DNA of 64,000 nt. Origin: Phormidesmis sp. GTDB lineage: Bacteria; Cyanobacteriota; Cyanobacteriia; Leptolyngbyales; Leptolyngbyaceae. Shown one piece after another: positions 21,357-31,901 of this stretch. Numbering within the stretch: position 1 is the stretch's first letter; each line of letters begins with the position of its first letter. The position numbers were made by a program, and so were the translations under genes. The DNA lies in NCBI GenBank assembly GCA_965248535.1, contig CBDFJR010000005.1, positions 320,001 through 384,000 on the forward strand, given 5' to 3'. Under the pieces are notes generated by a model. The model was not told the origin of the DNA. It was given only the letters and a program-made list of their open reading frames with translations, and searched no databases.

Positions 21357-21791
21357 TTAGCCTTTGGGTTTGACGACCCAGACTGAGCAAGGAGCATCGG
21401 TGACGATTTGGCTGCTGACCGACCCTAGCAAAATTCGCTGCATCCCCGTCAAGCCGCGACTGCCGATCAAAATCAGGTCGGCTTTATAGATGTTGGCTAA
21501 CCGAATGATTTCTTCGGCTGGATCGCCCGTCACAATCTCAATTTCACTCTGGCAGAGCAAAGTTTTTTGATAGCGGTGTAGCTGCCTTTCGATGCGATCG
21601 TGAGGAAACCCTTCTAAATTAGCCTGGGGTCGATCAACGACCACTTCAACTTCAGTCTGCGTCGCCCCAATCACATGGGCCAAAATCACCGTTGACTCAG
21701 GCTCAAGACTAAGCTGCTGTAGAGCCTGCATCACTTGATCGGCCAGAGGATCAGGCTCGACATCTAAAGCAACCAAAATTGTTTTTAACAT
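21357..21791 (-). CDS. Universal stress protein
   Basis: GDPAEEI...DLILIGSRG...LLGSVS. Confidence 0.9.
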   Translation of the reverse strand: MLKTILVALDVEPDPLADQVMQALQQLSLEPESTVILAHVIGATQTEVEVVVDRPQANLEGFPHDRIERQLHRYQKTLLCQSEIEIVTGDPAEEIIRLANIYKADLILIGSRGLTGMQRILLGSVSSQIVTDAPCSVWVVKPKG

Positions 21792-21861
21792 CGCACCGTT
21801 CTCCGATCGCGTCACCTATGTGATCACCCTACAATGGTTTTAGGGCGGCGCGATCAAAGGT

Positions 21862-22230
21862 TTATTTATCGTTGCTGAGGGAGTCGGCGGTGAGAGGCTC
21901 GGCAGTGACAGGATCAGTCAAGGTGAGATCAGGTGCGCCGTTTGGCGACTCTACGACGGTTTCGGCGATCGGTCTGACTCGCCGAATTTGGAGGTTGGCA
22001 ATTAACGCCGTAGATCGTTGATTATTTTCTAACGAAATCTCGGTCGCTTCGTCGTCAAGCTCGACATAGCGCGAGACGACTTCTAAAATTTCTTTTCGCA
22101 TCGCCTCGATCACACTGGGAGGCAAGTCTGCCCGATCGTGGGCCAGCACGAGCTTTAGACGGCGCTTAACGTCTTGGCGGCTGTTGTCACCTCCGCGGGG
22201 AAAAAGTCGTTCTAAAAGTTCAATGATCAT
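21862..22230 (-). CDS. minE: Cell division topological specificity factor MinE
   Basis: [13 protein letters not shown]...[13 protein letters not shown]; downstream of minD. Confidence 0.93.
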   Translation of the reverse strand: MIIELLERLFPRGGDNSRQDVKRRLKLVLAHDRADLPPSVIEAMRKEILEVVSRYVELDDEATEISLENNQRSTALIANLQIRRVRPIAETVVESPNGAPDLTLTDPVTAEPLTADSLSNDK

Positions 22231-22349
22231 GGAGGGCTAGAAAAAATCAGGGTAGGGCGATCGAGAGCCTAGAGACGTTAAGAACTGGATGTAGAGAAAG
22301 TCAGTCAGGTGCACCTTTTCTTAACTGTTTCACTTTTGGGCGGTTTAGA

Positions 22350-23150
22350 TCACTTTTTTGACAGAATTTTACGCAATCGAGTAAAGAAGCTGTCATTGGG
22401 CACGGTCAAATCTTGGAAGGGCACTTTTTCACCATCCAACCGCCGAATGATGTTGTCGAAGGCGGTGCCCGCTAGGGAGGGCGTTTCAGACAAAACGAGC
22501 GGCTCACCTTTGTTGGTCGAGACGATCACCCGCTCATCATCGGGCACCACGCCAATCAAGGGCACCGCTAAGATCTCTTGCACATCTTCGACCGACATCA
22601 TATCGTTGGCCGCCACCATCGCAGGCTTGAGACGATTGACAATCAGATGAATGCGTTTGACGTTGTTGGCTTCGAGTAGACCAATCACCCGATCGGCATC
22701 GCGCACGGCGGCAATTTCGGGTGTGGTGACAATGAGCGCTTCTTTGGCGGCGGCGATCGCGTTTTGAAAGCCCATCTCAATCCCAGCGGGGCAGTCGATC
22801 AAAATATATTCATAAACTCGCGCTAGAGCATTGACCAATTGCCGCATCTGATCGGGCGTGACGGCATCTTTGGTGCGGTTTTGCGCGGCTGGCAGCAGCA
22901 CTAGGTTATTAAATCGCTTGTCTTTGACTAAGGCTTGCTCTAAGCGGCACTGCCCGGCCAACACTTCAACGGCGGTATAGACCACGCGATTTTCTAGCCC
23001 TAGCAGCAGGTCAAGATTTCTCAAGCCAAAATCGGCATCGATCACGGCAACTTTGCGCCGCCGCTTGGCCAAAGCCATACCTAAATTTGCTGTGCAGGTG
23101 GTCTTGCCGACTCCACCTTTGCCCGATGTGATGACGATGATACGAGCCAT
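22350..23150 (-). CDS. minD: Septum site-determining ATPase MinD
   Basis: TSGKGGVGKTT, DFGLRNLDLLLGLE, C-terminal amphipathic helix. Confidence 0.95.
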   Translation of the reverse strand: MARIIVITSGKGGVGKTTCTANLGMALAKRRRKVAVIDADFGLRNLDLLLGLENRVVYTAVEVLAGQCRLEQALVKDKRFNNLVLLPAAQNRTKDAVTPDQMRQLVNALARVYEYILIDCPAGIEMGFQNAIAAAKEALIVTTPEIAAVRDADRVIGLLEANNVKRIHLIVNRLKPAMVAANDMMSVEDVQEILAVPLIGVVPDDERVIVSTNKGEPLVLSETPSLAGTAFDNIIRRLDGEKVPFQDLTVPNDSFFTRLRKILSKK

Positions 23151-23339
23151 TGCAATGATGCGACTACAGAACGATGAGCGTTGACCCAACCGGATCGGTT
23201 TTTATAAGCTTTTCAGGATACCCGAAACCACGATCGAGAAATTGCTGATCGTGAACCTTCAGCCAAGAGTATCAGAAAACTCGCTCGAATGATTGATCTA
23301 TGCCCCAGAAGTTAACCGTCGAAATGGAGCACAAAGCTT

Positions 23340-24158
23340 TTATCCTGGTTTTTTGGTTTCTTGTTCGGGGGCGGGTTGTCGCACAAAATCGGTGGCTCTA
23401 GCGATGCGAATATTACCTTGAGGCGCAACGTAGGCAACTTCAGGATGATATTGAGCCGGGGGCGTTTCGGGCGCTCTAGCCACAAAATCAGCAATCCGAA
23501 TTTGGGTCGGTTCGAGTTGCAGGGCCATGATCAAGCAGCGGGCATTGCCTTTGCAGCCCGCGTGAGCCACGCCCCGCAGCCGACCCCAGACGAGAATGTC
23601 TCCTTCTGCAATCACACTGCTGCCGGGGTTGAGATCGCCTAAAACAATCACCGTGCCACTGTGACGAATCTCGGTGCCCGATCGCAGCGTCATCTGCACA
23701 TAGAGCGGCTCATCCATCGCTTGTCCGGCTTCGGGTTGAGCCTGATTGAGCGGGGTGACGGAGGCAGACGACTGCTGCTCGATCGAATAGCCAGCCGTGG
23801 CAGCAGCAACCGCCGTTTGACGACGACTGGTGAAGACCCGCTTGAGTTGAAGCTGCACCTCGGTCAGAGCATCGGCGATCGCCTGAAGCTGGCGGCTGTC
23901 GAGCAGACGATCGCTGACGACTAAATCCACGCTGGTGGCGGGCTGCCAAAATCGTTCTCTAGCATCTAGCTGCTGTTTAAACTGCTGCCAGATCTCTCCC
24001 CAAGTCAGTGCCAGCGAAGCATTCACATTAGTCGCTTCCGATTCAGGAGGCAAGGTCAACACGAGTCGTCCTCCTTCACTTCTAAGCCGAACCTGAAGGA
24101 TGGGATTAACCTCGACAGGAAGAGGGCTAGGGGGAGTCGCGGAGGTTTCAGAAGTCAT
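23340..24158 (-). CDS. minC: Septum site-determining protein MinC
   Basis: TLRSG...GDLNPG...GRLRGVAHAG. Confidence 0.93.
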   Translation of the reverse strand: MTSETSATPPSPLPVEVNPILQVRLRSEGGRLVLTLPPESEATNVNASLALTWGEIWQQFKQQLDARERFWQPATSVDLVVSDRLLDSRQLQAIADALTEVQLQLKRVFTSRRQTAVAAATAGYSIEQQSSASVTPLNQAQPEAGQAMDEPLYVQMTLRSGTEIRHSGTVIVLGDLNPGSSVIAEGDILVWGRLRGVAHAGCKGNARCLIMALQLEPTQIRIADFVARAPETPPAQYHPEVAYVAPQGNIRIARATDFVRQPAPEQETKKPG

Positions 24159-24303
24159 GCAAGAGATTGGCGGCAACGGATCAAATATATTACTTTTGCT
24201 TGACTTGGAGAGCATGAGTCAGAAAGTTAGTTCTTTTGGCTAAGAATAGTTGACCGCCGATCGTGAATTAATAGAGATTCAGTCAAAAAAATTTACATCC
24301 TAG

Positions 24304-25041
24304 ATGCTGTTTGATTTAATTCGCAATCTGAGTAGACGATTGATCGCTGAGTGGCGGCGCAGAGTGGGAGTTAGGCTGCAACCGCTTCTGACCACTGTGA
24401 GATTAGGAGGGTTGGCGCTGGCGGCGATCGCGCTCTGGCTGTTTGCTTATATTGCAGAAGAAGTTTTTGAGCATGAGACTCAGGGGTTTGATGCTAGCGT
24501 TTTGCTGTCTATTCGATCGCTGCACCAATCGTGGCTCGACCCAATCATGGTGTTCGTCACGAATGTTGGTGATCCCAGAGTGCTGTTGGTGATTTGTGTG
24601 GGTTTGAGCGTGATTTTGGTTTTACGTCACCACCGGGCGGAAGCGATGACGATCGCGATCGCCGGATTCGGAGCCTTGGGGCTAAATTTTGTGCTCAAAA
24701 ATTTATTTGAGCGGGCGCGTCCTGAGTTGTGGTCTCGCATTGTCGATGTAACAAACTACAGCTTTCCTAGTGGTCACGCGATGCTGTCGATGGTGATGTA
24801 TGGGCTATTGGGCTATTTGTTAGCCACTCAGTTTGATCGGTGGCGGGTGGTGATTGCGACGATTTCAACTCTCTTGATTCTGCTGATTGGGTTTAGCCGT
24901 CTCTATCTGGGTGTTCATTGGTTTACTGATGTGATTGGAGGCTATGCGGCAGGGCTAGTCTGGCTGATCACCTGCATTCTCAGTTTAGAAATCTGGAGAC
25001 ATCGCCATGATTTGACCCAGCCAAAATCTTTGTCTAAATAG
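24304..25041 (+). CDS. PAP2 family phosphatase
   Basis: K...RARP, SFPSGH, SRLYLGVHW. Confidence 0.9.
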   Translation: MLFDLIRNLSRRLIAEWRRRVGVRLQPLLTTVRLGGLALAAIALWLFAYIAEEVFEHETQGFDASVLLSIRSLHQSWLDPIMVFVTNVGDPRVLLVICVGLSVILVLRHHRAEAMTIAIAGFGALGLNFVLKNLFERARPELWSRIVDVTNYSFPSGHAMLSMVMYGLLGYLLATQFDRWRVVIATISTLLILLIGFSRLYLGVHWFTDVIGGYAAGLVWLITCILSLEIWRHRHDLTQPKSLSK

Positions 25042-25066
25042 CTAAGATTGTGTTTGGGAACAGGAG

Positions 25067-26290
25067 TTAAATTGCTCGATCGAAGGTCTCAAACAGCTTG
25101 ACCAACACAACATTAGAAAACAGAAATCCTTCGGGATCGGTGAGTCTAATATAGCCTTGATCAGGTAAGTGAGAATTGAGTGAGATAGGATGACGATCGC
25201 TATTCAAAACTTCAATCCATCCCGACTTCTGAAACGGCTGTAGACAAGTCCAAATCTCTGCTATTTTCTCCTGTCCAAACTGTTGAATTAACGCTGATAT
25301 ATTTAACCCTTCAGCTAATCGCAACCCTACCATTAAAGTATCTAAAAGAATCTCGACTAAATCGGGATCATTTGGACTCATAGATTCCTGTGGTTGCTCA
25401 ACCCACTCGTAATATTCGCGAGTCTTGCGAGGACGAGACACCCGATCGCCCTTCACATAGCTTGTTGCCCCCATGCCAAACCCATAGAACGATTGATTTT
25501 TCCAATACACTCGATTGTGACGACACTGAAACCCCGATCGGGCATAGTTTGAGATTTCATAATGCTCATATCCGGCAGCAGTCAAGGTGCTCTGAGCCAG
25601 ACGATACATGGCTGCGGTCACTTCGTCGGTGGGTAAGGGCGTTGATCCCGGCTGATAGCGTTTGCCAAAGGGGGTCATGGGTTCGATCGTCAGATCATAG
25701 ACAGAAACGTGGCTGGGAGAAAGCGCGATCGCCCGATCTAACGAGTCTTGCCACTGAGCGATCGTCTGATTGGGCAACCCCGAAATCAGGTCTAAACTAA
25801 AGTTAGAAACTCCGGCTTGCTCGATTAACTGAATCGATTTATAAACCTCTTCAACGCTGTGAGTTCTGCCACAAGCAGCAAGCAAACTCGATTGAAAAGC
25901 TTGCACCCCTAAACTAACGCGATTGATCCCAGAAGATCGATATCCTTGAATCTGATCTAAATCAAACGTGCCGGGGTCAACCTCCATTGAAATCTCGGCA
26001 TCGGATGAAAGTCTAAACTGTTGATCTAACGTGTTAAGAATTCGACTCAGTTGATCAACCGACAATAGCGACGGCGTGCCGCCTCCAAAGAACACTGTTT
26101 TGAGCGGTTGACCTAAGGATTTAGTTAGTCGAATTTCATCACACAGCACTTCGACATAGCGCCCGATCGTGCCCGAATTAGTGCCGTTGCGCCGATCGCC
26201 CACCACCGAGATGGGAAAGTCGCAATAAAAACAGCGCCGCCGACAAAACGGGATGTGAACATAGGCAGAGCTTGGAACGCTAAATTCCAT
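25067..26290 (-). CDS. hemW: Radical SAM heme chaperone HemW
   Basis: YVHIPFCRRRCFYCDF, GGGTPS, YEISNYA, HNRVYW. Confidence 0.88.
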   Translation of the reverse strand: MEFSVPSSAYVHIPFCRRRCFYCDFPISVVGDRRNGTNSGTIGRYVEVLCDEIRLTKSLGQPLKTVFFGGGTPSLLSVDQLSRILNTLDQQFRLSSDAEISMEVDPGTFDLDQIQGYRSSGINRVSLGVQAFQSSLLAACGRTHSVEEVYKSIQLIEQAGVSNFSLDLISGLPNQTIAQWQDSLDRAIALSPSHVSVYDLTIEPMTPFGKRYQPGSTPLPTDEVTAAMYRLAQSTLTAAGYEHYEISNYARSGFQCRHNRVYWKNQSFYGFGMGATSYVKGDRVSRPRKTREYYEWVEQPQESMSPNDPDLVEILLDTLMVGLRLAEGLNISALIQQFGQEKIAEIWTCLQPFQKSGWIEVLNSDRHPISLNSHLPDQGYIRLTDPEGFLFSNVVLVKLFETFDRAI

Positions 26291-26615
26291 GAATCTTTTA
26301 TAAATTCTTTGTATTCTCAAACTATCGCAACGAATCTTCTTTAATTCCCGTATTTTTTATTGATTTTTGTATCGTAAATCACAGGCAATAGTAGGGTTAA
26401 CCGCCCACAGGGAAAGGGATTTGCGCGAAAATTCGATAAACCCACAAGATATAATGATGACAAGTCAGTCTGATCAAAAAGATTGCCTCTTAAATCTAAG
26501 ATTTTGGATTGCTTTTAAATTCGTAATCCACCCTTTATAAAAAGCTCTAAACATCCGTCCCTTACAGTCTAAAGTCGCCGATCTAAAATCGACAAAATCC
26601 CTCATTCCAAAGATT

Positions 26616-27695
26616 ATGGTTGATGCAGTCATTATTATTTCATTCATCCTAGCAGGAGCAGGAATTGGCTTTCACGGCATCGAAGCGCTGCCAGGCGGCG
26701 TTTTGCAGCAGGTGACCAACCCTGATGCCCTGCGCTGGGTCTGTTCAGGCTTTGGGGCCATGATTGGCTTTGCAGTCGGTTTATTGGCTCAGTCTAGCTA
26801 CCGTCGGGTGGCTCGCCAGATTCGCGAGATGCCTGCCCCCTTGCTGCTGAGTCGATCGGTAGGCTTAGTTTTGGGCCTATTGGTCGCAAACCTGCTGCTG
26901 GCACCGATTTTTCTTCTGCCAATTCCTCAAGAGTTTTCATTTATTAAACCTCTCGCCGCCGTGGTCGGCAGCATTATGTTTTCGGTTTCTGGCGTGTCGC
27001 TGGCTGATCTGCACGGGCGATCGCTGCTGCGGCTGATCAATCCCAACAACGTTGAAACGATGCTGCTGGCCGAAGGCTCTCTCAAACCCTCTAGCACCAA
27101 GGTTTTAGACACTAGCTGCATTATCGATGGCCGCATTTCTGCCTTGCTGGATACCGGGTTTTTAGAAGGGCAGCTTCTTGTGCCGCAGTTTGTTTTGCAA
27201 GAGTTGCAGCAAGTCGCCGATGCCTCTAACGATCAAAAGCGAGTGCGGGGACGGCGCGGACTAGATGTTTTAAATCAGATTCGGGAAGCCTACCCAGAGC
27301 GGGTTGTGATTCACTCGGCTGACTATGAAGACATCCCCACTGTAGATGCAAAACTGGTGCGGCTCGTGCAAGACATCAATGGCACCCTGCTGACAACTGA
27401 CTACAACTTAAACAAGGTCGCCACCGTCCAGAGCGTTCCGGTGCTGAATGTCAATGATTTGACTCAGGCCGTCCGCCCCTCCTATCTTCCGGGTGACAGC
27501 ATTGATCTCAAGATCTTGCGAGAAGGCAAGGAAGCGGCCCAGGGCGTTGGCTATCTCGATGATGGCACCATGGTGGTGGTTGAAGAAGCCCGTGCCTTTG
27601 TGGGAGGTGAGCTTCAGGTGATTGTCACCAGTGCGCTGCAAACTTCTGCGGGGCGGATGATTTTTGCTCGACCCAAGGCCTCAGCGATCGCTTAA
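26616..27695 (+). CDS. Membrane PIN/TRAM domain protein (YacL-like)
   Basis: TM N-terminus, LDTSCIIDGRI, RGRRGLD, QGVGYLDDGTMVVVE. Confidence 0.88.
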   Translation: MVDAVIIISFILAGAGIGFHGIEALPGGVLQQVTNPDALRWVCSGFGAMIGFAVGLLAQSSYRRVARQIREMPAPLLLSRSVGLVLGLLVANLLLAPIFLLPIPQEFSFIKPLAAVVGSIMFSVSGVSLADLHGRSLLRLINPNNVETMLLAEGSLKPSSTKVLDTSCIIDGRISALLDTGFLEGQLLVPQFVLQELQQVADASNDQKRVRGRRGLDVLNQIREAYPERVVIHSADYEDIPTVDAKLVRLVQDINGTLLTTDYNLNKVATVQSVPVLNVNDLTQAVRPSYLPGDSIDLKILREGKEAAQGVGYLDDGTMVVVEEARAFVGGELQVIVTSALQTSAGRMIFARPKASAIA

Positions 27696-27707
27696 CTCAA
27701 GACGAAG

Positions 27708-27887
27708 ATGGTGCGATCGCGTCAAAAAACCTGTGCTCTCTGCAAAAAATCCGCTCCCGTGCTCTACCGTGTGCAACACGACGAGTCAGCCGAGTGGATT
27801 TTTGTTTGTCGTGAATGCTGGCCGCTAGTTAGTCAAGAAAACCCGTTTTATGGTTATGGCGGCACCTGGAAAGCGCAAAAGCAATAA
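27708..27887 (+). CDS. Small zinc-finger-like hypothetical protein (59 aa, below the ORF cutoff)
   Basis: My translation MVRSRQKTCALC...LYRVQ...WIFVCRECW...YGYGGTWKA; two CxxC. Confidence 0.7.
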   Translation: MVRSRQKTCALCKKSAPVLYRVQHDESAEWIFVCRECWPLVSQENPFYGYGGTWKAQKQ

Positions 27888-27995
27888 GCTGCCCGCTTGC
27901 GATCGCTCCTCCCTTGAGAAATAATCGCGTTGCTACCAAGCCAATAGGGTTGATACTAATGAAGAAATGCGTGTTTTTACTTCATCATTGGGGTC

Positions 27996-29318
27996 ATGGG
28001 TCAGCCTCTTCATTCAAAAGCCAATTATTTTTTTCAGCAGGGGCAGCAGTTGAGCAAGGCAAAAGCTTATGCAGCCGCGATCGCTCAGTTTGATAAAGCC
28101 TTAGAAAACCAGCCCGATTTCCACGCCGGGTGGTATGAGCGCGGCAAAGCTCTTTATGACTTGGGCGATTATCAGGCGGCGATCGTCAACTTTAAAGAAG
28201 TCATTGTGCTCAGATCTGACTATGCCCCAGCCTGGAACAATCAAGGTATGGCTCTGGCAAAGCTAAACCGCCATAACGAAGCGGTTGCTAGCTACGATCG
28301 AGCGATTGAGCTATATCCCAAAAACTACAAGGCTTGGTATAACCGGGGCAATGCGCTGATGAAGCTCAACTCTAGCCAAGAAGCCCTTCGCAGCTATGAA
28401 GAGACGCTCAAACTCAAGCCCGACTATGCAAGAGCCTGGTATAACCGGGGCATTGTTTTAACCCATCTGCGGCGCTATGAGGCTGCGATCGCCAGTTATG
28501 ACAAAGCTCTAGAGGTGCGTCCTCACTTTTCAGATGCTCACTACAATCAAGGGAATCTTTTTAGCCGATTGGGGCGGTTTCAAGATGCCCTCAATAGCTA
28601 CGATCGGGTGTTAGAAATTAAGTCCAGTGTGCCCGATGTGTGGCTTGGTCAAGCCCATGCACTGCACAAGCTGGGGTTTCATGAGCAGGCACTGCAAAGC
28701 TATGATACGGCGTTGCAGTTAAATCCGGCGGCTCACGAAGCCTGGTATAACCGGGGCAACACGCTAGAGACGCTTTGGCGCTATGAAGATGCGATCGAGA
28801 GTTATCATCGCGCTCTGCAATTAAAGCCAGACTTTCCAGAAGCTCTTTATAACCAGGGATGCGCCTTTCAGAGGTTAGGCGACTTGGCTCAGGCGATCGA
28901 CTATTACGATCGGGCTGTGGCTGCTAAACCCGACTTTTATGAAGTTTGGAGTGGTCGCGGCGTTGCTCTGCGTAAATTGGGGCGCTATGACGAAGCGATC
29001 GAGAGCTTCGATCGAGCGTTGGCGATCAATCCTGATTGTGATGAAAGCTGGTATCGTCGGGGTCGAGCGCTCGATCATATTGGGCAAAGTGAGGCGGCGG
29101 TAGCAAGTTATGACAGAGCGCTGAGTCTGTCTCCTGAGTTTGACAAAGCTTGGTATAGCCGAGGCGTGGCGCTGAGTCGATTAGAGAATCACGAGGGCGC
29201 GATCGTCAGTTATGACAAAGCGCTGGCGTTGACTCCTGACTTTCCCAACGCTCAAAGCAGCCGCAGCCTCTCAATGAAGTATTTGCAGCAGAGTCAGTTG
29301 CCTTTGGTCGATCCATAA
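27996..29318 (+). CDS. Tetratricopeptide repeat protein
   Basis: About 12 repeats of AWYNRG...A...YD+AL...P. Confidence 0.92.
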   Translation: MGQPLHSKANYFFQQGQQLSKAKAYAAAIAQFDKALENQPDFHAGWYERGKALYDLGDYQAAIVNFKEVIVLRSDYAPAWNNQGMALAKLNRHNEAVASYDRAIELYPKNYKAWYNRGNALMKLNSSQEALRSYEETLKLKPDYARAWYNRGIVLTHLRRYEAAIASYDKALEVRPHFSDAHYNQGNLFSRLGRFQDALNSYDRVLEIKSSVPDVWLGQAHALHKLGFHEQALQSYDTALQLNPAAHEAWYNRGNTLETLWRYEDAIESYHRALQLKPDFPEALYNQGCAFQRLGDLAQAIDYYDRAVAAKPDFYEVWSGRGVALRKLGRYDEAIESFDRALAINPDCDESWYRRGRALDHIGQSEAAVASYDRALSLSPEFDKAWYSRGVALSRLENHEGAIVSYDKALALTPDFPNAQSSRSLSMKYLQQSQLPLVDP

Positions 29319-29382
29319 GACAGCGATCGACCAAAAAGCTGATCCTAGACTAACTAGCCATCATGCAAAATGAGGAACATTT

Positions 29383-29757
29383 TCAATCTAGCTGAATTGT
29401 TGTTTTGTTGTGCAACTCCTCTACTTGAATTAATGAACCACTACCCAGAACAATGTTGAATTTCACTAAAGAACGTTCAACCTGATAACCGGGCAACACT
29501 CGAACAACTTGATACTCTGTGGTCAAATCACTGGTGCCATCCCACTTCAGAAATGCCAGTTGATTAGACGCAATCTCACTCAGTTGTGAAGTGAAGTCTT
29601 CAATGTGATCGCTAACATCCAAAACAATGCCAGACGACATGAAGAGATAACGCTCTTGTAAATCCAAAGTCACACTCACCCGATAACGCTTTTCGATTGA
29701 GCAACGTAACTCAACCGTAAACGAAATCGAGCTAGGCACGATCGTCCTAACTCCCAT
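29383..29757 (-). CDS. Hypothetical protein
   Basis: 124-aa ATG ORF with an AAGAGG RBS inside a perfect hairpin. Confidence 0.6.
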   Translation of the reverse strand: MGVRTIVPSSISFTVELRCSIEKRYRVSVTLDLQERYLFMSSGIVLDVSDHIEDFTSQLSEIASNQLAFLKWDGTSDLTTEYQVVRVLPGYQVERSLVKFNIVLGSGSLIQVEELHNKTTIQLD

Positions 29758-29796
29758 GTTTTTGTCCTCTTAGTTAAGTTAAAGAGGACAAAAACA
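29757..29796 (-). promoter_or_regulatory. Perfect 15-bp hairpin covering the RBS and first base of the start codon
   Basis: TGTTTTTGTCCTCTT (29757-29771) / AAGAGGACAAAAACA (29782-29796). Confidence 0.6.
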
Positions 29797-29893
29797 CGGA
29801 TCTCTCAGACATTGGGTTGGGGTGAAAACTGTATGCAGGATCTTGATTCCAGCCTTTCAAGATCCCATAGCAAAGCCGACGGTGTACAATCAT
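29774..29893 (-). CDS. Putative 39-aa leader ORF
   Basis: CAGGAGG RBS then ATG; MIVHRRLCYGILKGWNQDPAYSFHPNPMSERSVFLSSLT*; stop falls in the hairpin loop. Confidence 0.45.
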   Translation of the reverse strand: MIVHRRLCYGILKGWNQDPAYSFHPNPMSERSVFLSSLT

Positions 29894-30406
29894 GAACGCC
29901 TCCTGAGTTAATGGTTCTAACTAGGGATGGAAGTCCTCGGAGTTCTGATCTCGTAAATCAGACTTCGGGGCACAACTCCATCACTGCGGTGTATTCTACA
30001 GGAGTTTTTTGTTTTTTGGAAGGCTGAGTTTTTTTGGGGGAGGGGGAAGCGATCGTAAATTCTCCCTGATTTATGTTCCAGTCGAGCAACGGCATGGGTG
30101 CGATCGACTCAGCGCCATGACCGATCTATCGGGACGAGACAATTTATTTTTGGCTCCCTTAGAATCGAAAAATCTGAGCGCCATTCCGTATAAGTACTCG
30201 AAAGTGGAGAGTTATCCTGTGGGAATTCAGTATAATTCCTAAAAAAATGGGAGTTGTCCGGTTTCCATACGGCATGATTTCCATGAGAGGGATATTTATC
30301 CTGTTTGATAGGAGTTCAAACGGCAGAAATAGTAGTTAGCCCCCTTGCGCCAAATGAACATTCGCACTGATGAGTTAGCATTTGAGAGCGATTACAAGGA
30401 TAAGCA

Positions 30407-30934
30407 ATGAAAATTTTGGAGACTAATCGGCTCATCCTGAGACATCAGGTACTGGAGGATCTTGATAGTCTCTACGGGCTTTATTGCGATCCAGCGGTGA
30501 AGCAGTATATTCCCAATGCGCCCCAGACGTATCAAGAGACGAAGGAGGAGTTGGAGTGGTTTCTCAAGGGACATCCAAAGTATCCAGAGTTAGGGCTTTG
30601 GGCAACCATTCATAAAAAAACAAATCAGTTCATCGGACGGTGCGGGTTGCTGCCTTGGACGATTGATGGGTGTGAAGAAGTGGAGGTAGCCTATTTGCTG
30701 TCTAAGGCGTATTGGGGACAAGGGTTAGGAACTGAAGTGGCGCAGGGGGTCGCGCGATATGCCTTTGAGCAATTGCATCTGACGCGATTAATTTGTCTGA
30801 TCGATCCCGAAAACCAGGCTTCGATTCGTGTTGCGTGCAAGCTCAGCATGGAATTTGAGAAAGAGTTCGAGGATGAATACGGACGATGTTTGGTGTACTC
30901 GACCTCAAGATCAGGTGGTGTGAGAAATCGATGA
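30407..30934 (+). CDS. GNAT N-acetyltransferase (RimJ/RimL-like), cassette gene
   Basis: ILETNRLILR, YWGQGLGTE, PENQASIRV. Confidence 0.9.
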   Translation: MKILETNRLILRHQVLEDLDSLYGLYCDPAVKQYIPNAPQTYQETKEELEWFLKGHPKYPELGLWATIHKKTNQFIGRCGLLPWTIDGCEEVEVAYLLSKAYWGQGLGTEVAQGVARYAFEQLHLTRLICLIDPENQASIRVACKLSMEFEKEFEDEYGRCLVYSTSRSGGVRNR

Positions 30935-30982
30935 TTCAACAAGCCAACCGCTAGCCAACGCTTAACCTGCTGTCAGAGCGGA

Positions 30983-31071
30983 GGCTAACAACGCCCATGC
31001 ACACCGACCGCTAAGAGTTGATCGGTGATGATGCAGAGGCTACTTGCGGCGGGTGATGGGCAACGTTGGGC
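30983..31071 (+). other. attC site
   Basis: R'' GGCTAAC, inner arms GCCCATGCACAC / GGGTGATGGGC, R' GTTGGGC. Confidence 0.85.
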
Positions 31072-31117
31072 TGGTGCGAATAGCGAATAGAAGCGCGAAT
31101 TGATAGAATCGAAGACT

Positions 31118-31618
31118 ATGGTTGATTATGATGAAGCGATGAAATCCGTCATGAATGGAGACTTGAAGCATTTACAATTTCTGGCGAGTAAGCATGAAGA
31201 TTTTCCCAATGGTAAAGATGCATTCATCCAACGCCATTGGATAACCAATGCTGTAGATTGCGGAACATTTGAAGTCGTGCAATGGATGCTGACCCAAAAT
31301 GTCTCGCTTAAATTCCGAGATGATGAGGGATACACACCTCTTCACTCGGCTATTGATAGGGACAATTCAGACAAACATCGTGTCCTTGAACTTTTATGTT
31401 TAGCTGGGGCCGATACGAATGCACATGGAATTAATGATTGGACACCACTTCACATGGCCGCAGCAAGGAATGATGTAGAAGCGTTGAGGATTCTGCTTAC
31501 TCATGGAGCTGATGCCAGCGTAAGAACTCGTATTGATGATTATTCGACTCCTTTAGAAGAGGCTAAATTACTTGGCTCCAGTGATGCAGTAAAATTTTTG
31601 GAGCATCCAAATAATTAA
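31118..31618 (+). CDS. Ankyrin repeat protein, cassette gene
   Basis: GYTPLHSA, WTPLHMAA, GAD, TPLEEA. Confidence 0.88.
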   Translation: MVDYDEAMKSVMNGDLKHLQFLASKHEDFPNGKDAFIQRHWITNAVDCGTFEVVQWMLTQNVSLKFRDDEGYTPLHSAIDRDNSDKHRVLELLCLAGADTNAHGINDWTPLHMAAARNDVEALRILLTHGADASVRTRIDDYSTPLEEAKLLGSSDAVKFLEHPNN

Positions 31619-31638
31619 CGCCATAATCCTCAACACCA

Positions 31639-31738
31639 GCCCATAAAGGCGCTGCACCCGACCGCCTACAGCCTGCGCTACGCCTCGTTCCTCGGCTCCG
31701 CTTCGGCTTCCGGCGGCGGGTGAGCTTAGTCGTTGGAC
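31639..31738 (+). other. attC site (R'' degenerate)
   Basis: GCCCATA...GCTGCACCCGACCGCC...GGCGGCGGGTGAGC...GTTGGAC. Confidence 0.8.
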
Positions 31739-31901
31739 TGCTCCATCTCTCGGTAGGGAAGGTACAGCAAGGTTATTTGTTGGTGTTGAGGATTAATCGC
31801 CGTAAGGTTGTCTGTAGGGCATTGCCTTGAGGGGAATGGTGAGGCGATCTCGCGAACCACAATTACGGCGTAAAATCAAGACATAGTTTCATGCAACGGA
31901 T

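Noticed and set aside
27996..29318. TPR repeats as a DGR target or nucleotide repeat array
   Set aside because: Ordinary diverged 34-aa protein repeats; no reverse transcriptase or template/variable pair seen
29383..30334. Integron integrase or attI upstream of the first cassette
   Set aside because: No tyrosine-recombinase motifs in any listed ORF; GTTAGCC at 30335 could belong to attI or to a lost attC, and I cannot tell which
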